Below, piece after piece: positions 58,628 to 64,000 of a stretch of DNA of 64,000 nt. Under the pieces are notes generated by a model. It saw nothing but the letters and a program-made list of their open reading frames with translations, ran no database searches and had not been told where the DNA came from. The translations under genes were made by a program, and so were the position numbers. This stretch comes from Balamuthia mandrillaris (Eukaryota): the NCBI GenBank assembly GCA_031835245.2, contig JAVKOQ020000012.1, positions 124,001 through 188,000 of the forward strand. Direction: 5' to 3'. Numbering within the stretch: the stretch's first letter is position 1; every line of letters starts with the position of its first letter.

Positions 58628-61124
58628 CTACTCTTCCCCGCTGTCTACTTTTAGTCTCTTCTTTTTCCTCCTCCCTTTCAAGACTTCAATTTCATTTCTC
58701 CTTTCTTCTTCTTTTTCGTACGGTGGCGAAGAAGATGGTGAAGACTTGGAAAACATTCGAAAGACATCATTCACCGCTGATCTCCACGACTGATCCAAAC
58801 CGGTACGCCGAAAGGACTCGTCTCCAATTCCTCCGACTGGTTCTTCTGCCGCTTTTTGCTGTTCGGATCCGCCGCTTCGCTCTTCCCTTTGTTCTTGTTG
58901 AAGTTTATCCTCTTTTTCATCTTCCTCTCCAGCAACTGATCGCCGGTGTCGAAAACCTTTGCCTAAAGTTTGGATGGCATGAACATCTTTGCTTCTTCTT
59001 CTCCTCTTCTTGCCTCTCCAGCGAACAAAACTGTGTAAAACGTTGTGCAACAACAGTGGTTCCTCATCCTTTTCTACTTCTTCTTCCTCTTCTTCCTCGT
59101 CTTCGTCCTTGTTGCTTGTATTGGTTTCCAGCAACATCAATGAGGCACTATCCCTTCTTCCTCGTTGACGGCGAAGAGCTTCCAGCTGTCCTCGCTGTTG
59201 TTTTTTGTGGCAACGTTGACAGAAATGAAAATCCTTGCAAACAGTGCACCGATAGCAAGGACCCACGATAGGGCCTACATTGCATCCATCGCATACAATC
59301 TTTTCATGCACTTCTTCTAACGGCTCTGTGTCCATAATCCCCTTCTTACTGCCTTCTCTCTGTTCTTCCTCTTCCTCTCCTTCCTTCTCCTTTCCGTCGA
59401 CAACACCGGAACGAGTTCTTTCACTGCTTCTGCTGTCATCGTTGCTGCTCGAACCAGCCTCGGTGTCGGCACCAAGTCTTGAAAAGAAGCTAAGCATATG
59501 ACGAACGCCCAAGTGTGTGATTGCCAGCAACAAAGACTTAGTACCCTGCCCGTTCAGCGAAGAGCACTCCACGTAATCTCTTCCTCCTATTCGTTTGCAG
59601 AGTTGAATACCTTGTGTCCACGTCACGCAAGAAGATGCAGAAGAGCGCCCTTTCTCTTTGATTGCCGCCGATACGTTGATGGTTGCCTTTGCGTCTTCTT
59701 CTTGATCTTCGAGGAGTGGTGGGCTTTCCATAATACGTTGCCGACGGTCTAAGTGTGTCCCTACTAACACGATAGGCAAGTCGTTGTACTTACAACGAAT
59801 CGCTGGCATTATCTGTTTATGTTTTTAAATAGAAACTATGATAAGATAATGGCACCAAAGAAAGAAATGGATTTGGAACAAATGAAACACAGCAAGCAGA
59901 AAGAAGGATTACATACTTTTTTCTCAATGCTGTTATAGGACTTGAGGTCAAGTAGAGAGAACACGATAACGATAACAGCAGGACGAACGTTCTCATACCA
60001 TTCCAGTCGTACCAGCTCTGTAGAACCCTGCAGTGATACTATAAAGATCATATGTCAGCAAGAACCATAGAAGAAACACCACAAAATACAACAACAGAAG
60101 TGAGAGTTAAAACGTACGCAAATCAGCAACTTCGGTTTGTACTTCTAAAGGGAGGGGGCCTATCTTCATAACAGTACCTCCTACCTTTCTTTGCTCCTGC
60201 TGCGTTGTTGGAGGAGGAGAAGAAGAAAGATGAGGCATTCCCCATAAGCCCGCTCCTCTGGTTCCTGGAATCGTTGGTGTTGTCCCAACCTCACCAGAAT
60301 ATTCCAACGAGGTGCACAAATCAGGGAAGGCAGCCGCCAAAGCTGCCGAAAGCGTGTTCTTTCCAGTAGATTCGGTTCCCACCAACAACGCTCTCAACTG
60401 CACCTTTGTGGTTGCCCCACTTGCCCCAAACCGAGAGGACGGATAAGAAGAGAAGTAAGGAATGCCGCGATTATCGTTTACATCAGACGTTATGGAGCGA
60501 AGCCATCCTAATGGAGGCGTGAAGAAAGTGTTATGAAAGTGGCGTTGTTGTTGCTGCTGAAGATGATTCAGGATGTAGTTGTTCTCATCCTCGTCATCGT
60601 CCACACTGTTGTTGTGAGAGGGCATGTTGGGCAGGTGATGGTCTGCAACACGGTAGAAGCGCGCCCAACAAAGCCACCTGTTGATCGCGCTTTGTTTGAG
60701 CAAAAACTCTTTCCTGTAGTTTCTTTCTTTCACTGTGGTGGCGTCAACAGAGAGGACAATGAGGATGAGTGTAAAGAAGCAGAAGCAGAAGCAGAAGCAG
60801 AAGCAGAAGCAGAAGCAGAAGCAGAAGCAGAAGCAGAAGCAGAAGCAGAAGCAGAAGCAGAAGCAGAAGCAGAAGCAGAAGCACTTAAAAGGATGGGTGG
60901 TCATTACCTGGTCGTTGAAGCTCGTAGCAGGGTTGATAGGGCTCCCACCATTGACGCTGCTCGGAGGCTTGGAAGAACGGCTTCCATAAGGAGTTGTCCG
61001 AGGAGACGTTCTGAAAGTGCTTGCAGACGTGGCTGGCGCTCAACAGGTCGGGCAGGGAGAGCTTGCTGAATATTTCTAACAGGACATCGCCTACACATAA
61101 AAGCGAAAGTCAGCCATAAAATTT

Positions 61125-61157
<33 letters not shown>

Positions 61158-61188
61158 CATACTTGGAAGCTTGTGCAATTGCAAACAT
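58628..61188 (-). CDS. Atypical Rho-like GTPase-domain protein with ZZ-type zinc finger
   Basis: ALLVGTESTGKNTL (degenerate P-loop), IVIVFSL..SYNSI, PIVLVGTHLD, CKRIGGRDYVECSSLNGQG; HEKIVCDGC..PIVGPCYRCTVCKDFHFCQRC..HNVLHSF (ZZ). Confidence 0.75.
60775..60882. repeat. (AGAAGC)18 perfect hexamer microsatellite, intronic
   Basis: Directly visible. Confidence 0.95.
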
Positions 61189-61822
61189 GTTTCGTCATCC
61201 ATCGGTTCGCTGGTTTGCTGGATGCTCTAAAACGATGCTCCAGTTTGACTGGTTGGTATCTTATGCTTTGCAGCTCGCGCGTGCCAGATGAAGAACAACG
61301 GTTTTTTTTTTAAAAAAAAAGGCCGTTTCAGAATGGGATAGCAAGCAAGGCCGTAGCAGTGGTTCGTTTCTGCGGGCGTTCTTTCTCCGCAACTTTTCCG
61401 GGGCCGCATTCCTCGCATAATACAAATTTTTGTAATTCTTTGTTCGTGATTACGTCATCCAATCATGACAAATATGCAAAGAATGCACAAGAGATTCTCT
61501 CCTCTCCTCTCTCCTCTACTCCTCGCCTCTCTCCTCTCTCCTCTCTCCTCTCTCCTCTTTGGGTTGGCGGTTCTTGCAGGTGGTGGCGTTGCTTGACGGT
61601 CGGTGCCCGGCCGTGATGTTCGCTGGCGACCATCCGGACATGCCCACGCCGCCTCAGAGGGAGGAGCAGGCAGTACTAGTACCAGATTGTGGGAAAAGCG
61701 GCTGCTTGTGAAGCTAGCTGGTTGTTCTTCTCATCGATTTTGACCTTGGGGTGAAGCTAAGCTCTATCTCTGTCCCGGTCTTTGTTCTCTTCTCTCTGGC
61801 GTTCTTACGCTCTTGTCTCTCT

Positions 61823-62595
61823 TCATTCTTGAGACGGATCCAAAGTGAGTCGAAGCTCTTCGCAATGATGTGCGAATTCGCTCTCCAAAGCTTCAAGCCT
61901 TGCTTCCATCGAATGCTGTTGTTCTGCTCCCTCTCCCCGCTTCACGGTTGAGAGGAGACACTCTCTTGTGCTCTCCAGCCACTCCTTTCTTTGCTCGCTC
62001 AACCTTCTTCCTAGTTCCTTCTTCCTCACGGAACTAAGGGTTCGCATCATCATTTCTGAGACCGTCTTTCGCGTCCGCAAGTCCAACTGATGCATCAAGT
62101 TCTTGAGGTTGGACTCTTGACTCCGTTTCTGCGTTCATCCCCAACCAAACATGAGACAGGAAGAAGAGAGGGAAGCAAAGAAGGGAGAAGCAGAGCAGCA
62201 GAGAAGCAGAGAAGCAGAGAAAACGAGAGAATGTGAGAAGAGAAGACCTGCTCCATCCTAAGACGTCCTTCCTGTGCTTGTCTCATAGCAGCCCTCTCAG
62301 CGGAGGCAGGCCCTTCCTTCAAGATCCATCGCCAAACGGTCGTTGCGGCATCCTCGTCTCCGTCGCCCAGCTCTACTACTACTCGAAGAGCGCTTGGCTC
62401 CTCCCATGAGGAGGAAGCGGCCGAGGAGGAAGAAGGCCATTCAAAGCGAGCGTGCATCTTTCGGATCAGTCGCTCAGGCACTCGTTCCGCTTTGGCTCGC
62501 TGTCGGTTGCGTTGCAGGACCACCTCCAGAGGAGCCTTCAAGCAGATTTGTAGAAAGCCTCCTCCATCTTGGAAAGAAAAAAAGTGAGCAAGAAA

Positions 62596-62640
<45 letters not shown>

Positions 62641-63095
62641 CTCTGTTGGGAGAGACGATAGAACGGGTAGCGCATGCTGCGGTAGTAGAAGTTGTCATCC
62701 AGGAAGAGAACGAGGACCGGTTGGTTGCGGTTCTGTTGGCGGTGCTCTTGTATGAGGCTCTCCGCCCGATCGTAGGCCACTTGTCTTGCCTTTTGCCATA
62801 GGCCAGCGTCAAAGTCTTCGCCCTCTTCTCCTTCTTCTTCCTCTTTTTCGTGAGGAGGAGGAGAAGGGTGAGCGCGCTGTAGTTCCGCCATGATGGCATC
62901 GTAGCAAACGTGCACCGCACGGGCCTCCTGATCATCTTCCCTCGCGGCATGGTGGTCTTCCACGAGCCTCCGCGCCAAGGTGGTCTTTCCAACGCCAGGC
63001 AAGCCGCACAACAGCACCACACAAAACCACCCGCAGGCATGTTGACCGTGTCGGTCCCGCTCGTCTCCACCACAAAGCTCTTCCGCTTCACTCAT
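61823..63095 (-). CDS. PSTK: L-seryl-tRNA(Sec) kinase
   Basis: LLCGLPGVGKTT, VCYDAI, LDDNFYYRSMRY..Y.L, GFLQICLKAPLE..LQRN..R..VPE..I.KM..RFEWP...WE, HQLDL.TRK.VSE.M. Confidence 0.88.
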
Positions 63096-63401
63096 TTTTC
63101 GTGGAAGATTTGTTATCAAAAGAAAGAAAGAGAGAGATTTGATTTGATTTTCGTTCGTGGTTGATTATTTACTCTTTGGATTCAAAAAGAAAGAAAGAAA
63201 GAAGAAAGAAAGCAAAGCAGGGTACTACACATGCTGATCTTCTTCGCACATCTTCTTCTCATCATCAAATACATTGGGGGGAAAAAAAATAAAAATAAAA
63301 AAACAAAAGAGATACAGGAGGTCAATCGAAGGGAGAGACACGAAGGAAAGCGGAGGAGGAGGAGGGAGGAGGAAAAAAAATAGGGGGGCTTCTTCTTTTC
63401 T

Positions 63402-63992
63402 CTAAAAGAGAGAGCACCTTCCCTTCTTCTCCTTGGGCTTGGTGATGGGCGGGTTGAGCACCGTTCGGATGGCCTCGTCGAACACGGCCTTGAGGCCCTG
63501 CTGCGTCAGGGCGGAGCACTCCAGGTACTTCACCGCCCCAATCTCCTTCCTCATCTGCTCGGCCTGGGCCTGGGTGATGGGGGCCATGCGCTTGTCCGCC
63601 AGCCGCTCCATGGTGTCCTTGTCATCGCGCAGGTCCACCTTGGTGCCGACCAGCAGCTTGGGGGTGGTGGGGCAGTGGTGGGCGATCTCGGGGTTCCACT
63701 TGGCGCGGACGTTCTCAAAGGAGGGCGGGGAGACGATGGAGAAGCAGATGAGGAAGATGTCGGTCTGGGGGTAGGACAGGGGCCGCAGGCGGTCATAGTC
63801 CTCCTGCCCGGCTGTGTCCCAGAGCCCCAGGTTGATGGCCTTGTTATCCACCATGACGTTGGCCGAGTAGTTGTCAAAGACGGTGGGGATGTACTCCCCT
63901 GGGAAGGCGTTGGTGGTGTAGGAGATGAGGAGGCAGGTCTTGCCGACGGCGCCGTCGCCAACAACTACGCATTTGATTGCTTGCATGGCCAT
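63402..63992 (-). CDS. RAC1: Rac-family small GTPase
   Basis: [68 protein letters not shown]; polybasic region + CSLF CaaX; intronless. Confidence 0.98.
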   Translation of the reverse strand: MAMQAIKCVVVGDGAVGKTCLLISYTTNAFPGEYIPTVFDNYSANVMVDNKAINLGLWDTAGQEDYDRLRPLSYPQTDIFLICFSIVSPPSFENVRAKWNPEIAHHCPTTPKLLVGTKVDLRDDKDTMERLADKRMAPITQAQAEQMRKEIGAVKYLECSALTQQGLKAVFDEAIRTVLNPPITKPKEKKGRCSLF

Positions 63993-64000
63993 GTTGCAGT

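Noticed and set aside
1..64000. tRNA genes, transposase/reverse transcriptase ORFs, viral genes and prokaryotic operons
   Set aside because: None recognised by eye; a tRNAscan-SE or repeat-library scan would be needed to exclude them

Overview
Gene-dense, intron-rich eukaryotic DNA, most likely from an amoebozoan of the Acanthamoeba/Balamuthia group. This is inferred from the 5S rRNA sequence and gene content and is not proven. I can support about 26 protein-coding genes, most of them spliced: Sec61-alpha, an HA-repeat protein, cyclin K/T, an acyl-CoA carboxylase alpha subunit, mitochondrial PEPCK, an alpha/beta hydrolase, an IQ+RPEL protein, PEMT, glycine decarboxylase P, a USP53/54-like protein, an ankyrin protein, two myristoylated EF-hand proteins, ZNHIT2, a BRCT protein, two MFS transporters, a TPR protein, a 2OG-Fe(II) oxygenase, MutS, a RapZ-C-like protein, an atypical Rho+ZZ protein, PSTK and Rac. 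The standout region is a ~2.7-kb non-coding RNA island at 12.4-15.1 kb, arranged 5S rRNA > U2 snRNA > 5S rRNA > U2 snRNA > inverted 5S rRNA. Both divergent U2 genes carry a Dictyostelium-DUSE-like CCCATAA element 62 nt upstream of the inferred start. The island also contains an inverted-repeat-bounded element and an orphan long hairpin. The cyclin gene contains a clear AT-AC (U12-type) intron. Coordinates of spliced genes give the overall span and were derived by eye; some termini are approximate.
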